DNA of 27,304 bases from Pseudomonadota bacterium (GCA_043818055.1 JBDRGF010000042.1:1-27304), one strand, 5' to 3'; numbered from the stretch's first letter, positions 15,064-25,320 are shown. Numbers and translations: made by a program. The notes: generated by a model not told the origin, from the letters alone.

Positions 15064-15472
15064 CTATGATATTATAATGAAACGGCTTGAAAAACTTAAG
15101 GGCTATATTCTTATCCTGAAAAAGCTTAAAAAGACGCCCAGAAGCCAATTTATAGAGGATCCTTTTATTCATGGGCTGGCTGAAAGATATCTTCATCTCT
15201 CAATTGAAGCTCTGATTGATATCGGTAATCATGTAATAAGTGACCAGAAATTTAAAAAACCTGAAACTTATGCTGAAATTTTCGAGATATTGTTCAAAAA
15301 CGGCATAATACCTAAAACACTCTACTTAAAAATATCCGACATGCCGGCATTTAGAAATGTATTGGTTCATGACTACCTGGATATAGATCATGGTATTGTA
15401 TATAAAACTTTGCAGGAAAAACTGGAATTGCTTGAACAATTGGCCAAAAAGTTTGCAAAATTTATTCAATAG
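15056..15472 (+). CDS. hepT: HepT-like HEPN ribonuclease toxin (DUF86 family)
   Basis: AERYLHLSIEALIDIG and FRNVLVHDY (R-x4-H-x-Y HEPN motif with the Tyr that is adenylylated in characterised systems). Confidence 0.88.
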   Translation: MVDYDIIMKRLEKLKGYILILKKLKKTPRSQFIEDPFIHGLAERYLHLSIEALIDIGNHVISDQKFKKPETYAEIFEILFKNGIIPKTLYLKISDMPAFRNVLVHDYLDIDHGIVYKTLQEKLELLEQLAKKFAKFIQ

Positions 15473-15484
15473 AAATAAACAGCA

Positions 15485-16396
15485 TTATCTCCTTAAATCT
15501 TCAAGCTTAATACCCGACTCTTCAAAGAATTGTTTTAACCTTTTGATAAGCTTTTCTTCAACCTGTCTGACTCGCTCCTTCGTGATTCCATAATCTGTGG
15601 CAATTTCCTGAAGAGTTTTAGGTGATTGGGCTAAAAGTCTCTCCTCAAATATCTTAAGCTCCCTTTCATTTAACACCTCAGCAAATTCTTTAAACTTTTG
15701 GTTTAAAAGCTCTGCAGTTTGTCTATTGCCGACAACGGTTTCTGAACTTAAAGTATCATCTGAGATAAAGTCCTTTAACGTTGTATTACTCTCTTCTCCG
15801 CCATGACCCTTTATAGGAGTTTCAAGTGCTATTTCCGAATGAGCGAGCCTTTTTTGCATCTCCTCGATCTGACCTTGATCGACCCCCAGATGCTCCGACA
15901 AGAGGGCTGGTGTCGCATAATAACCCATTGCCTCAAGCTTCTGTTGTTCTCTCATCAGATTATAAAAGAGCTTTTTTTGCGTCTTCGTCGTTCCGATTTT
16001 GACCATTCTGAAGTTGTCCAATATGAATTTGAGGATATATGACCGTATCCACCACGTTGCATAATGGGCGAGCCGAGCACCCTTATCCTGATCGAATTTT
16101 TTGACCGCATGCATGAGCCCCAGCGTCCCCTCTTGTATCAGATCGAGCATGTTATGATAGGTGCTTCGATAATCCATGGCAATCTTGGCAACAAGCCTTA
16201 AGTGAGCCTTGACGAGCTCCTTCGCTGCCTCGATATCTCCATCTACATGGTAGCGCTTAAAGAGCTCGGCCTCTTCCTCCGGCAAAAGCATCGGATACGA
16301 ATGTACTTCGGCAAGAAACTGTCCAACAGGGTCCCTTCTGACAAGGGATTGATTGGATTTTGGAACTTCGGTTCTCTTTGTTCGATTTTTGGACAT
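15485..16396 (-). CDS. rpoH: RNA polymerase sigma-32 factor (RpoH-like)
   Basis: Region 2 HLRLVAKIA...DLIQEG..GLMHAVKKFD and YATWWIRSYI. RpoH box KIGTTKTQKKLFYNL. Region 4 TLQEIA..YGITKERVRQVE. Confidence 0.88.
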   Translation of the reverse strand: MSKNRTKRTEVPKSNQSLVRRDPVGQFLAEVHSYPMLLPEEEAELFKRYHVDGDIEAAKELVKAHLRLVAKIAMDYRSTYHNMLDLIQEGTLGLMHAVKKFDQDKGARLAHYATWWIRSYILKFILDNFRMVKIGTTKTQKKLFYNLMREQQKLEAMGYYATPALLSEHLGVDQGQIEEMQKRLAHSEIALETPIKGHGGEESNTTLKDFISDDTLSSETVVGNRQTAELLNQKFKEFAEVLNERELKIFEERLLAQSPKTLQEIATDYGITKERVRQVEEKLIKRLKQFFEESGIKLEDLRR

Positions 16397-16446
16397 TGAA
16401 TCGGGAGACTAACAACGATTTCAAAGCTGGTCAATAGATCGAGTTC

Positions 16447-16683
16447 TCAATGAGAACACTTTCCACCGCAACAGGGAGAATTCATCGCGGCACAAGGGCT
16501 ATCCAAACCACAAGGCAAAGAACTCTGGGAGGCTGATTTTGTGATGAGCGCGCTCCCACCTGTGATCAACCTTCGAACAGCGCCGTAACATTTGGGACAT
16601 TTTTCTAAAGGTTTATCAGTGATCCTCTGATCGGCTTCAAACTGATGCTGACATTTGTCGCATTTGTATTCATACGTGATCAT
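16447..16683 (-). CDS. FmdB-family zinc-ribbon protein with Cys-rich tail
   Basis: MITYEYKCDKCQHQFE...CPKC...RRLI. SD AGGAG upstream. Confidence 0.88.
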   Translation of the reverse strand: MITYEYKCDKCQHQFEADQRITDKPLEKCPKCYGAVRRLITGGSALITKSASQSSLPCGLDSPCAAMNSPCCGGKCSH

Positions 16684-16702
16684 TCGATGCTCCTATAGTT
16701 TC

Positions 16703-16732
16703 GTAGGGGCAGACACGGGGGTCTGCCCCTAC
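16703..16732. repeat. GTAG-family REP palindrome
   Basis: GTAGGGGCAGAC-ACGGGG-GTCTGCCCCTAC, a perfect 12-bp inverted repeat. Nearly identical to 27251-27276. Confidence 0.85.
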
Positions 16733-16808
16733 ATCTATGATATAAAAAACCAGTCATTGTGTTTTGCGCAAGCTGTAAACAGACACCTTTCACCTAAACA
16801 ACCCGATG

Positions 16809-17567
16809 TTAGTAATATTTCCATATCAGATAGATGAATAAGAGGGTCAATGCAATAAAAACCACTCTTTTTACGAATCTCCCGCCATGCTTCATCGCAA
16901 GATGGCTTCCTGTATAGCCCCCCAGAAGATTTCCGAGCGCCATAGCAGCTGCATAAGTAAAATTGACCTTGCCTGCCATAAGAAATGGAACAAGGGAGCC
17001 GACGTTGGATGCAAGATTGAATGTCTTGGCCGTTGCGCTGGCTTTGACAACGCTCATATGTGAAAAAATGACAAGTGCGATGATGAGAAATGTACCAGTT
17101 CCCGGTCCCAAAAAGCCGTCGTATGTGCCGATGATAAGACAGGTGATTGATATCATAACCCAGAACTTCAGATCGTACTTCAGCTCTCTCCCTTTTGGCT
17201 TTCTCAACTCCTTAGAGAAGATCAAAAAGAGCAGGACTATGGGAAGGCATCCCACGATGATCTTTGCGAGTATGGCTGGCGATATTATGAGCGCCGTTTT
17301 TGCCCCTATGACTGAACCGATGAGTGAAAAAGGAATACCGACCAGAACCACCTTCCAGACTACATGAAATTTTCTTCCGTAATTTATCAGGGCAACCGAT
17401 GTTCCAAAGGTTGCCTGAAATTTATTCGTACCAAGCGCGATATGTGGGGGGACGTTCATGGCAAGCAAGGCCGGTAAAGAAATGATACCCCCTCCACCTG
17501 CAATAGAGTCGAGAAGGCCTGCCATAAAGCCGGCAAAAGATAGTATGATGAGGGTAAAAAAATTCAT
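16809..17567 (-). CDS. Sulfite exporter TauE/SafE (TSUP, YfcA-like) membrane protein
   Basis: AGLLDSIAGGGG, ALGTNKFQ, GTYDGFLGPGTGTF and AKTFNLASN motifs. Start moved to ATG 17567 (MNFFTLII) because the longer N-terminus runs through a terminator hairpin. Confidence 0.88.
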   Translation of the reverse strand: MNFFTLIILSFAGFMAGLLDSIAGGGGIISLPALLAMNVPPHIALGTNKFQATFGTSVALINYGRKFHVVWKVVLVGIPFSLIGSVIGAKTALIISPAILAKIIVGCLPIVLLFLIFSKELRKPKGRELKYDLKFWVMISITCLIIGTYDGFLGPGTGTFLIIALVIFSHMSVVKASATAKTFNLASNVGSLVPFLMAGKVNFTYAAAMALGNLLGGYTGSHLAMKHGGRFVKRVVFIALTLLFIYLIWKYY

Positions 17568-17577
17568 AGTACATAAC

Positions 17578-17605
17578 AAAAAACCTGCCACGAAGGCAGG
17601 TTTTT
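17578..17605. terminator. Rho-independent terminator (bidirectional) downstream of the DUF2934 gene
   Basis: AAAAAA-CCTGCC-ACGAA-GGCAGG-TTTTT; on the minus strand the stem is followed by T6. Confidence 0.8.
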
Positions 17606-17668
17606 CTAAATCAAATAAATCTCTTCTTGTAAGAAAGAAAAATGTCAGCAGTTTCAATTAAACAAAAA

Positions 17669-17860
17669 CTAGAAATTGCCTATTTTAGCTCTGACATGCT
17701 TCTCAGCTGTCAACCAGTCATTCAAAGAGTTGCCCGGCTTGTTGCCTCTCTTTGCGTAAAGCTCATAAGCCTTTTCCTGCACCATCTTTGTGACCTGCTC
17801 CGGTGAAAACGTAACTGTTGTTTGATTTTTGTTCCTACGTGAAATCACTCTTTTTAACAT
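17669..17860 (-). CDS. DUF2934-domain small protein
   Basis: EKAYELYAKRG..PG..LNDWLTAE matches the DUF2934 signature. Strong SD GGAGGGGG upstream. Confidence 0.85.
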   Translation of the reverse strand: MLKRVISRRNKNQTTVTFSPEQVTKMVQEKAYELYAKRGNKPGNSLNDWLTAEKHVRAKIGNF

Positions 17861-18088
17861 ATGCCCCCTCCTTAATGAATTAGAGTTTCTATATACATTA
17901 TTTGTACTAAACTTATCAACAAATATTTTTAAAAATATGCATATTTTTTTTCGTAAAAAAGTTTGTTTTTATTAAGTTTTTGTTTGCTTAGATTTCAGTT
18001 GATTGATAGATTCCTAAAACTTACAATTTGATCTCTGAAATCTTAGTTTGTTCGATTAACTGTCTAAAAAAATAAGGGGGGAAGGACT

Positions 18089-20107
18089 ATGCATAACGAG
18101 TCACAGTTAATTTCTGATCGCGAATGGATATTGACCAACGGTATCGGGGGATACGCGTTGAGCTTTGGCAACATGATCAACAAGCGTAAATACAATGGTT
18201 TGCTGATATCAGGACTTGATAAACTTAAAAGAATTCATACCCTTTCATCTATTGAGGAAAAGGTTGAAGATCAGGGAACTTTTTTCTTCCTCGATTCCAA
18301 TCATTATTCAAACTGCATATACCCCAGCGGATATATGCATATAGTAAAGTCGTGGCTAAGACCCTACCCCACAGTTCTTTATTCTTCTGCGCCATATCGC
18401 GAAGAGTATCTCATCCAGAAGGAAATCTTTTTACTGAGGGAAAAGAATGGCGTTGCTATAAAATACACCAATTTCGGAACCGCGAGATTGACGCTGACGC
18501 TTAAGCCCAAGTTCACTTTACGCGATCATCACGTGGTGAATTCGCCCGGAACGTGGGAGCGCACCACTCCTGAAAAAGAGGTCAATCATAAGTATTTCAG
18601 AGTTAAGCGCCCGGACAATGGTTATGAGGCTTACGGCTACGTTGAATCGGGAGAAATTATCGACGATTCTACGATCTATCGTTCGGTGTGCTATCCTGTG
18701 GAATCAGTCCGCGGATACGAATCGGTCGAGGATCTCTATTCACCTGTTCGTCTTTCGATAAAATTGAATCCGGGAAAGAGCACCTTTGTGGTGTTTTCAT
18801 CGACCCCTCTCGACAAACCATTTGCAGATGCTAAGAATGCCGAGAAGTTCTATAAAAAATACCCAAAACCGCATGACCACCCTACCCTTGAAAATCCTCG
18901 TTCTATTCTTGAGACAAGGGATGAGAAGAAGAGGCTCTTCAATCAGAAGGACTATTATAAAATATTAGAACTGGCCGTGAGGGATTTCATCGTCAAAGAT
19001 AACGACATAGTTGCAGGCTATCCCTGGTTTGGCGCGTGGGCAAGAGATACGCTTATTTCGATGGGGGCTTTGAAATATCTACCCAATGGCAATCGGACTG
19101 CCGCCAATGTTCTAAAAAATGCTACACAATATATAAAGAATGGAATGTTGCCCAATACCTTTGGCGAGGGGGGCTCTGGGGCCAATTATGACAGCGTTGA
19201 TGCCCCGCTCTGGTTCGTCGTGCGATCTTATCAGTTTGCGCCCAAGGACAAGCATCTCTTTTCCAAGGCCGCTGAAATCATTTTAAGTTATATCTACAGC
19301 CATGATCACCCTTTCATCCTGGCCGATGACGGTTTGATCGACATTCACCGCAGCAATCACGCGCTAACATGGATGGATGCTAAAGTTTACAATAACCCCG
19401 TGACACCAAGATGGGGAAAGCCGATCGAGATAAACGCCCTATGGTACAACGCCCTTTGTTCTATATCTGCGATGGCTAAGCACTTGGGCGTGCATGAGCT
19501 GGGTGCTGGATTACACAAATATTCAATTCGCAAAATTGATAAGCTGGCCGACCACGTGAAGGAATCCCTCCAGAAATTCAAGGGAGAAAATTTTCTTGCG
19601 GACAGGATTGAAAACGACACACCTGTTTGGGAGATAAGACCGAACGCGATCATCGCCCTCTCCCTTCCCTTTGATTTTGTTGACCAGCAGACTATGAAAA
19701 ACGCATGGAAGACTGCAAAGGATAAGCTGCTGACATCCTACGGATTGAGAAGCCTCGATCCGGCCAGCCCAGCCTTCAAACAGAAATATGTGGGAAATCA
19801 GAAACAGAGGGATTTCGCTTATCATCAGGGCACAGTCTGGACATTCCTGCTACTTCCATATGTTCAACTCACTACCAAGGTAATGGGACAAGAGAAGGCA
19901 AACAAGGAAGAGGTATCAAAGGAGATCAGCCGATATCTCTGGCCGCTTCGCGAAGGAGTTGTGACTGGCGAGATGGCCTCGGTCGCTGAGGTTTGGGATG
20001 GAATGGAACCGGTAATTCCAAAGGGATGCCCTGCCCAGGCCTGGAGCGTGTGCGCCCTTTTTGAAATTGAGAATCTTGTAAAAAACGGGAGATTTTTTAA
20101 TAAATGA
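18089..20107 (+). CDS. Amylo-alpha-1,6-glucosidase / glycogen debranching enzyme (GH133)
   Basis: REWILTNGIGGYA, VAGYPWFGAWARDT, YDSVDAPLWF, LTWMDAK, GLRSL, YHQGTVW and GCPAQAWSV motifs. Confidence 0.93.
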   Translation: MHNESQLISDREWILTNGIGGYALSFGNMINKRKYNGLLISGLDKLKRIHTLSSIEEKVEDQGTFFFLDSNHYSNCIYPSGYMHIVKSWLRPYPTVLYSSAPYREEYLIQKEIFLLREKNGVAIKYTNFGTARLTLTLKPKFTLRDHHVVNSPGTWERTTPEKEVNHKYFRVKRPDNGYEAYGYVESGEIIDDSTIYRSVCYPVESVRGYESVEDLYSPVRLSIKLNPGKSTFVVFSSTPLDKPFADAKNAEKFYKKYPKPHDHPTLENPRSILETRDEKKRLFNQKDYYKILELAVRDFIVKDNDIVAGYPWFGAWARDTLISMGALKYLPNGNRTAANVLKNATQYIKNGMLPNTFGEGGSGANYDSVDAPLWFVVRSYQFAPKDKHLFSKAAEIILSYIYSHDHPFILADDGLIDIHRSNHALTWMDAKVYNNPVTPRWGKPIEINALWYNALCSISAMAKHLGVHELGAGLHKYSIRKIDKLADHVKESLQKFKGENFLADRIENDTPVWEIRPNAIIALSLPFDFVDQQTMKNAWKTAKDKLLTSYGLRSLDPASPAFKQKYVGNQKQRDFAYHQGTVWTFLLLPYVQLTTKVMGQEKANKEEVSKEISRYLWPLREGVVTGEMASVAEVWDGMEPVIPKGCPAQAWSVCALFEIENLVKNGRFFNK

Positions 20108-21426
20108 GAGCACTGATATTAACTTGGGAATTCCCACCATATATCGCTGGCGGTTTGGGAATGGCCTGTTACGGCCTTTCAAAGGCGTTGCTTGAACTGG
20201 GAGTTGAGATAGATCTCATGCTTCCATGCAGCGAGAATGTCTATTTTCCTTTTAGATCGCCTGGTGACGTCGACACTATGCCTGTCGATTTTCTTCGCCC
20301 GGAATTTAGGAAGGAAACCCTGATCAAAGAGATCATACTAAAAAGTTCCGATATCAATGGGAAGTTAAAGCTGCTCGGTATTTCGGAATATCCTGAATCA
20401 TACATCACGCCCGGTTTTAGTTTCGAAAGCTTTCTGAATGTCTTTCTCTCGTCAAATGTGGACAATTTTTCACAGGAGATTCAGCTGCTAAATAATTACT
20501 TAAACGGCGATGGGCATCTCTTCAAAAAGGTAAAGGAGTTCACATCGAAGGCTCTACAATACGCCTCCTGTCACAGCTGTGACGTCATCCATGCTAACGA
20601 CTGGTTGACATACCCGGCAGGGATGATGCTCAAAAAGCTCATGAAAAAACCTCTGGTGGCTCATATACACGCTACCGAGTTCGACCGCGCCGGTGGGCCG
20701 GGGGATGAAAGAATACACAAGATCGAATATGCAGGCTTGATGGCAGCGGACTCAGTCATTGCGGTTTCACAGTACACAGCCCAGATGATCATGGACAGGT
20801 ACATGATAGATCCCAGGAAGATTCACGTAGTGCATAATGCCTACACCCTCTCCGCACCTGTGGGACCTGATAAGCCAAAGCTCTTCAAGGATCCACTCGT
20901 ACTCTTTTTGGGACGCGTGACCTTGCAAAAGGGGCCTGATTATCTCCTGGAAGTTGCGAGAAGAGTCTTGGAGCGTTATCCCAGGGTGAGGTTTGTGATG
21001 GCAGGGAGTGGTGATATGTTCTCTGCGATTTTGAAAGGATCAGCGACGAAGCGTCTGAAGGATCGTTTTCTCTTCACCGGTTTTTTAAATCGTGAGCAGG
21101 TGGAAAGCATTCTCACTGCTACCGATATCTTTGTACTTCCTTCCGTCTCAGAACCTTTCGGCATTGCACCGCTCGAAGCTATGGCATATGGCGCAGTTGC
21201 CATCGTCTCGAAACAATCGGGAGTTTCAGAGGTGATCAAAAATGCCTACAAGGTCGATTTCTGGGATGTCGAAAAGATGACTGATGTACTGGTCAACCTT
21301 CTCGAACATCCTGAAGAAAGGCTTTCGATGGCAGCGGCGGGACAAAAAGAGGTACTCTCGATAATCTGGAAGGAGCCCGCGAATAAGACACTTAAAGTTT
21401 ACGAGGAAGCAACATGCTCCATATAG
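20104..21426 (+). CDS. GT4-family glycosyltransferase (glycogen synthase-like)
   Basis: WEFPPYIAGGLG, IHANDWLT, HIHATEFDR, FLGRVTLQKG and SEPFGIAPLEAM motifs. 4-nt overlap with the upstream gene. Confidence 0.92.
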   Translation: MRALILTWEFPPYIAGGLGMACYGLSKALLELGVEIDLMLPCSENVYFPFRSPGDVDTMPVDFLRPEFRKETLIKEIILKSSDINGKLKLLGISEYPESYITPGFSFESFLNVFLSSNVDNFSQEIQLLNNYLNGDGHLFKKVKEFTSKALQYASCHSCDVIHANDWLTYPAGMMLKKLMKKPLVAHIHATEFDRAGGPGDERIHKIEYAGLMAADSVIAVSQYTAQMIMDRYMIDPRKIHVVHNAYTLSAPVGPDKPKLFKDPLVLFLGRVTLQKGPDYLLEVARRVLERYPRVRFVMAGSGDMFSAILKGSATKRLKDRFLFTGFLNREQVESILTATDIFVLPSVSEPFGIAPLEAMAYGAVAIVSKQSGVSEVIKNAYKVDFWDVEKMTDVLVNLLEHPEERLSMAAAGQKEVLSIIWKEPANKTLKVYEEATCSI

Positions 21427-22607
21427 TCTTCTATTTTCAGGTTCACCAACCATACAGACTCAAGCATTACAGCGTTCTTGACATCGCACGCGAAGGGAAT
21501 TTTTTCGACGATAACCTAAACGCTGCAGTGATAAGAAAGGTCGGTGAGAAATGCTATCTTCCGGCAAACAAAGTTTTGCTCGAACTCATCAATAAATATG
21601 AGGGGAAGTTCAAAATAGCCTTTTCGATCACAGGTGTGGTCATCGAGCAGTTCAGGCAGTACTATCCCGAAGTTCTCGAATCGTTCAGGGAGCTTGCCAG
21701 AACAGGATGCGTCGAGTTTTTGGGAGAGACATATTATCATTCACTCTCCTTCCTCTTCGATAAGGATGAATTCTTAACTCAGGTTCACATGCACCGAAAG
21801 CTCATGATGGATGAATTCGGCTACAAGCCTGTGATCTTCAGAAACACGGAGCTCATCTATCAGGATGAACTGGCAAACATCATCTCTGAAGATGGCAACT
21901 ATAAAGGAATTCTTGCAGAAGGAGTTGAAAAGATTCTCGACTGGCGCTCCCCGCTATACGCTTACAAGACACACAATCACAACCTCTTCCTGCTGCTCAA
22001 ATACTATAAACTCTCGGATGATATTGCGTTCAGATTTTCCAACAGAGGCTGGCCGGAATTTCCACTCACGACAGAGAAATTTGTTAACTGGGTTTCTGAT
22101 CTCTCTCTGATTGAAAAGGGAAATAAAAAGCTCTTCGTAAATCTATTCATGGATTACGAGACCTTTGGTGAGCACCAGTGGGAGGACACGGGAATTTTCG
22201 AGTTCATGCGACATCTGCCTGACAGGACATTCAAGTCCCATAATATTTCATTTGCATGGCCATCGGATGTGCTCGACATAACGAATTATTCACCTGAGCC
22301 CCTCTCCTTTCCAAAGCCGGTATCATGGGCGGACACCGAGCGCGACCTCTCCGCATGGCTGGAGAACGATTTTCAGATCAATGCGAATGAGACCTTTTAC
22401 GATATTCTGCATCAGATCAAAGCCACCGGACGCGATGATCTCATCGTAAAAGCCAGAAGATTATCGACCTCAGATCACTTCTATTATATGTGCACCAAAT
22501 ATTTTCAGGATGGTGATGTGCACAAATACTTTTCACCATACGATTCTCCCGAGCAGGCATATATATTCTATATGAACGCGCTGGCCTATTTGAGGGATCA
22601 ATTATGA
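21414..22607 (+). CDS. GH57-family alpha-amylase / glycoside hydrolase
   Basis: FQVHQP, ETYYHSL, FRNTELIY, LSDDIAFRF, FMDYETFGEHQ, SWADTERD and TSDHFYYM motifs. Confidence 0.93.
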   Translation: MLHIVFYFQVHQPYRLKHYSVLDIAREGNFFDDNLNAAVIRKVGEKCYLPANKVLLELINKYEGKFKIAFSITGVVIEQFRQYYPEVLESFRELARTGCVEFLGETYYHSLSFLFDKDEFLTQVHMHRKLMMDEFGYKPVIFRNTELIYQDELANIISEDGNYKGILAEGVEKILDWRSPLYAYKTHNHNLFLLLKYYKLSDDIAFRFSNRGWPEFPLTTEKFVNWVSDLSLIEKGNKKLFVNLFMDYETFGEHQWEDTGIFEFMRHLPDRTFKSHNISFAWPSDVLDITNYSPEPLSFPKPVSWADTERDLSAWLENDFQINANETFYDILHQIKATGRDDLIVKARRLSTSDHFYYMCTKYFQDGDVHKYFSPYDSPEQAYIFYMNALAYLRDQL

Positions 22608-22621
22608 ATCTGTTTCCGAAT

Positions 22622-22684
22622 GTAGGGGCAGGTTTAAAACCTGCCCTAAAGATAGTTTCGGGCGGGTTAGAAACCCGCCCCTAC
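22622..22684. repeat. Inverted pair of GTAG-family REP hairpins (BIME-like doublet)
   Basis: GTAGGGGCAGGTTTAAAACCTGCCCTA (22622-22648), then GGGCGGGTTAGAAACCCGCCCCTAC (22660-22684). Confidence 0.85.
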
Positions 22685-22722
22685 AATTAAAAACAATCAA
22701 TTACTTAATAAAGGAGCAACTT

Positions 22723-25272
22723 ATGGACGTACGCAAATTTTTCATCAGACCTTTCATTCCGGAGAAGATAAACAAGCTTCTCGAACTCGCCTTCAACGTC
22801 TGGGCAACATGGGACAAGGACGCGGAAAAGCTATTCCACAGGCTCGACCCTCAGCTTTTCAGGAGTGTAGCCCACAATCCGGTCGAGCTATTATACCGAC
22901 TGACCCCTGAGCGGTTGGAGGAAGTTGCAAAAGACAAGGGCTTTCAACATGAGTTGAAGCAGGTGTATGAAAAATTCAAAACGTACATGGAATTTGAGGG
23001 AACATATAAATCCGGAAAGAGCGAAAAGACATTCTCAAAAGAAGACACAGCTGTGTACATGTGTATGGAGTATGGCTTGCACGAGTCCATCCCCCTTTAT
23101 TCCGGAGGGTTGGCTGTTCTTGCCGGCGACCAGCTAAAAGCAGCATCGGATGTCGGTTTCCCACTTATCGCCTTCGGCCTGCTCTATAAATTTGGATATT
23201 TCAATCAGCGCATATCCGCCGACGGTTCGCAGATGGAAGATTTCAAAGAGACCGCATGGTATCTCCGCGCGATAAAGGAAGTGATTGATGAACACGGCAA
23301 TCCAAGAATAATTGAAATTCCACTCAAGGGACGGAAAGTATTTGCAAAGATATGGGCCATTCAGGTGGGACGCGTTCCTCTGTATCTGCTGGACACAAAC
23401 ATCCCGCAAAATCCCCCTGAAATCCGGAAGATCACAAACATGCTCTACGATTCCGGCCGCTCCATGCGCCTTGAACAGGAGATCGTACTTGGCAGAGGCG
23501 GCATAATAGCGATGAAGGCACTTGGAATAGAACCAAAGATCTATCATCTCAACGAAGGTCACACGGCCTTCTCCATCCTCGAACGCCTGCTCGATCTTAC
23601 GAAAAACAAGGGCTATAAGATGGAGGAAGCCAGATCGATAATAAGATTCAGCACTGTTTTTACAACGCACACCCCTGTCGTCGAGGGAAATGAGCATTTC
23701 GATGATGAGCTTATCGAAGAGTATTTTGAGGAGGAGGTAAAAGAGCTTGGACTCACGATGGATGAATTTTTGGCGCTTGGAAAAATAGCAAAAGAAAAGA
23801 TTTTCTGGCTGCCGGCCTTTGCTTTGAGATATTCAAGGTGCTCTAACGGCGTTTCGAAGATCCACTCCGGCGTTGCACGCAACATGTGGCGCGAGCTCTT
23901 TTCAACACTGCACGAGCGCGATATTCCTATCGACAGCATCACCAACGGGGTTCATCTTCAGAGCTGGCTGAGTTTGCAGATGACTGAACTCTTCGACCGC
24001 TATATCGGCCCCGACTATCTACATAAAGCGGAAGATAAAAAGGTTTGGGAGAAGGTCAAATCTATTCCCGACAGCGAAATCTGGAATTCACACAGGCGAC
24101 GAAAGGAACAAGTCGCGTCATTCGTGCGTCGTCGGGTCACGACAATGATGAAAGGAAGAGGATATTGCGGCGATAAGATAAAGGATGTCGAGCAGGTTTT
24201 GAATCCCGATTATCTCACGATCGGATTTGCACGGCGTTTTGCAAGTTACAAGAGGGCTGATCTAATCCTGAGCGACCCTGAGAGACTCGCTGCCATTCTG
24301 ACAAACAAGGAGAAACCTGTTCAGATCATCTTTGCAGGCAAGGCCCACCCTGCCGATGGCAACGGCAAGGAGATAATTAAGAAGATCGTAAATTTCATAA
24401 ATACATATCCTGTAGAGAACCACGTCGTATTCATTGAGGATTACGACATGAATATCTCTCGCCACCTCGTTCAGGGAGTCGATCTTTGGCTCAACACACC
24501 GGTAAAACCGATGGAAGCCAGCGGCACATCAGGCATCAAGGCCGGCATCAACGGGGTTTTGAATTTCAGCGTCCTCGATGGATGGTGGCCCGAGGCCTAT
24601 AATGGTGAAAACGGCTGGGCAATTGCCATCGATACGAATGGACATGGTGAAATCGCCCTGTCAAACAAGGCAGAAGCCAATCTGCTCTATGAGCTGCTTG
24701 AAAACGAGATAACCCAAGCCTATTATGACCGCACAGAGAACGATATTCCCATGAAGTGGGTCTCTATGATGAAAAACTCAATCGCGACAGTGAGCAGCGA
24801 ATTTAATATGCACAGAACTGTGCGGGATTATTTCAATAAATTTTATCTTCCGCAGGCACAAGCCTATCAAAGCATGATGGAGAACCATGCGGCTCCACTC
24901 AAAAATGCTATAAAACAGAAAAAACACATTGATGCCGTATGGCCTCAAATCTACATCAAGGATTATTTTACAAACATCCATGGCAAGATGCCTGTTTCGG
25001 GGCAGGAAGTTGATATCGATTGTTATGTATATTTGGATAACATCGATGAAAACCTAATCGAAATACTGGCTTTTTATTGTTCAGATGAGAATACCGAGAT
25101 TTGCAAAAAGATCCCACTCAAATTTGTGGAAAAATATCAGGACAAAGTAGCAAAATTCTATGGCAAGCTTGAGTTAGAGGGGATCGGCCAGCAACAGCTC
25201 TCAGTCTGCATGGTCCCATCAGACGAAAATTTCAGAACAATCTATCCGGAATATGCCAAGTGGAAAGAGTAA
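22723..25272 (+). CDS. glgP: Alpha-glucan (glycogen/maltodextrin) phosphorylase, GT35
   Basis: MEYGL, YSGGLAVLAGD, HLNEGH, FTTHTPV, ITNGVH, GFARRFASYKRA, FAGKAHP, the PLP-lysine motif EASGTSGIK, and SVLDGWW. SD AAGGAG. Confidence 0.95.
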   Translation: MDVRKFFIRPFIPEKINKLLELAFNVWATWDKDAEKLFHRLDPQLFRSVAHNPVELLYRLTPERLEEVAKDKGFQHELKQVYEKFKTYMEFEGTYKSGKSEKTFSKEDTAVYMCMEYGLHESIPLYSGGLAVLAGDQLKAASDVGFPLIAFGLLYKFGYFNQRISADGSQMEDFKETAWYLRAIKEVIDEHGNPRIIEIPLKGRKVFAKIWAIQVGRVPLYLLDTNIPQNPPEIRKITNMLYDSGRSMRLEQEIVLGRGGIIAMKALGIEPKIYHLNEGHTAFSILERLLDLTKNKGYKMEEARSIIRFSTVFTTHTPVVEGNEHFDDELIEEYFEEEVKELGLTMDEFLALGKIAKEKIFWLPAFALRYSRCSNGVSKIHSGVARNMWRELFSTLHERDIPIDSITNGVHLQSWLSLQMTELFDRYIGPDYLHKAEDKKVWEKVKSIPDSEIWNSHRRRKEQVASFVRRRVTTMMKGRGYCGDKIKDVEQVLNPDYLTIGFARRFASYKRADLILSDPERLAAILTNKEKPVQIIFAGKAHPADGNGKEIIKKIVNFINTYPVENHVVFIEDYDMNISRHLVQGVDLWLNTPVKPMEASGTSGIKAGINGVLNFSVLDGWWPEAYNGENGWAIAIDTNGHGEIALSNKAEANLLYELLENEITQAYYDRTENDIPMKWVSMMKNSIATVSSEFNMHRTVRDYFNKFYLPQAQAYQSMMENHAAPLKNAIKQKKHIDAVWPQIYIKDYFTNIHGKMPVSGQEVDIDCYVYLDNIDENLIEILAFYCSDENTEICKKIPLKFVEKYQDKVAKFYGKLELEGIGQQQLSVCMVPSDENFRTIYPEYAKWKE

Positions 25273-25320
25273 CGACGTGAAACGTCTGTCGAATTTATGA
25301 ACATATTACGATTATAAAAT

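Noticed and set aside
16655..16837. 60-aa + strand ORF containing FVGADTGVCPY
   Set aside because: Translation of the REP palindrome; antisense to and overlapping two real genes.
17568..17657. 30-aa N-terminal extension of TauE
   Set aside because: Runs through a terminator hairpin and is not family-like; kept only as an alternative in the findings.
22622..22684. Palindromic repeats as a possible CRISPR array
   Set aside because: At most two units per locus, inverted and non-identical, with 10-11 nt gaps and no cas genes; this fits REPs.
23134..23697. 187-aa minus-strand ORF, and the other short ORFs nested in long genes
   Set aside because: Antisense or out-of-frame shadows of well-supported CDSs such as glgP, with no motifs.
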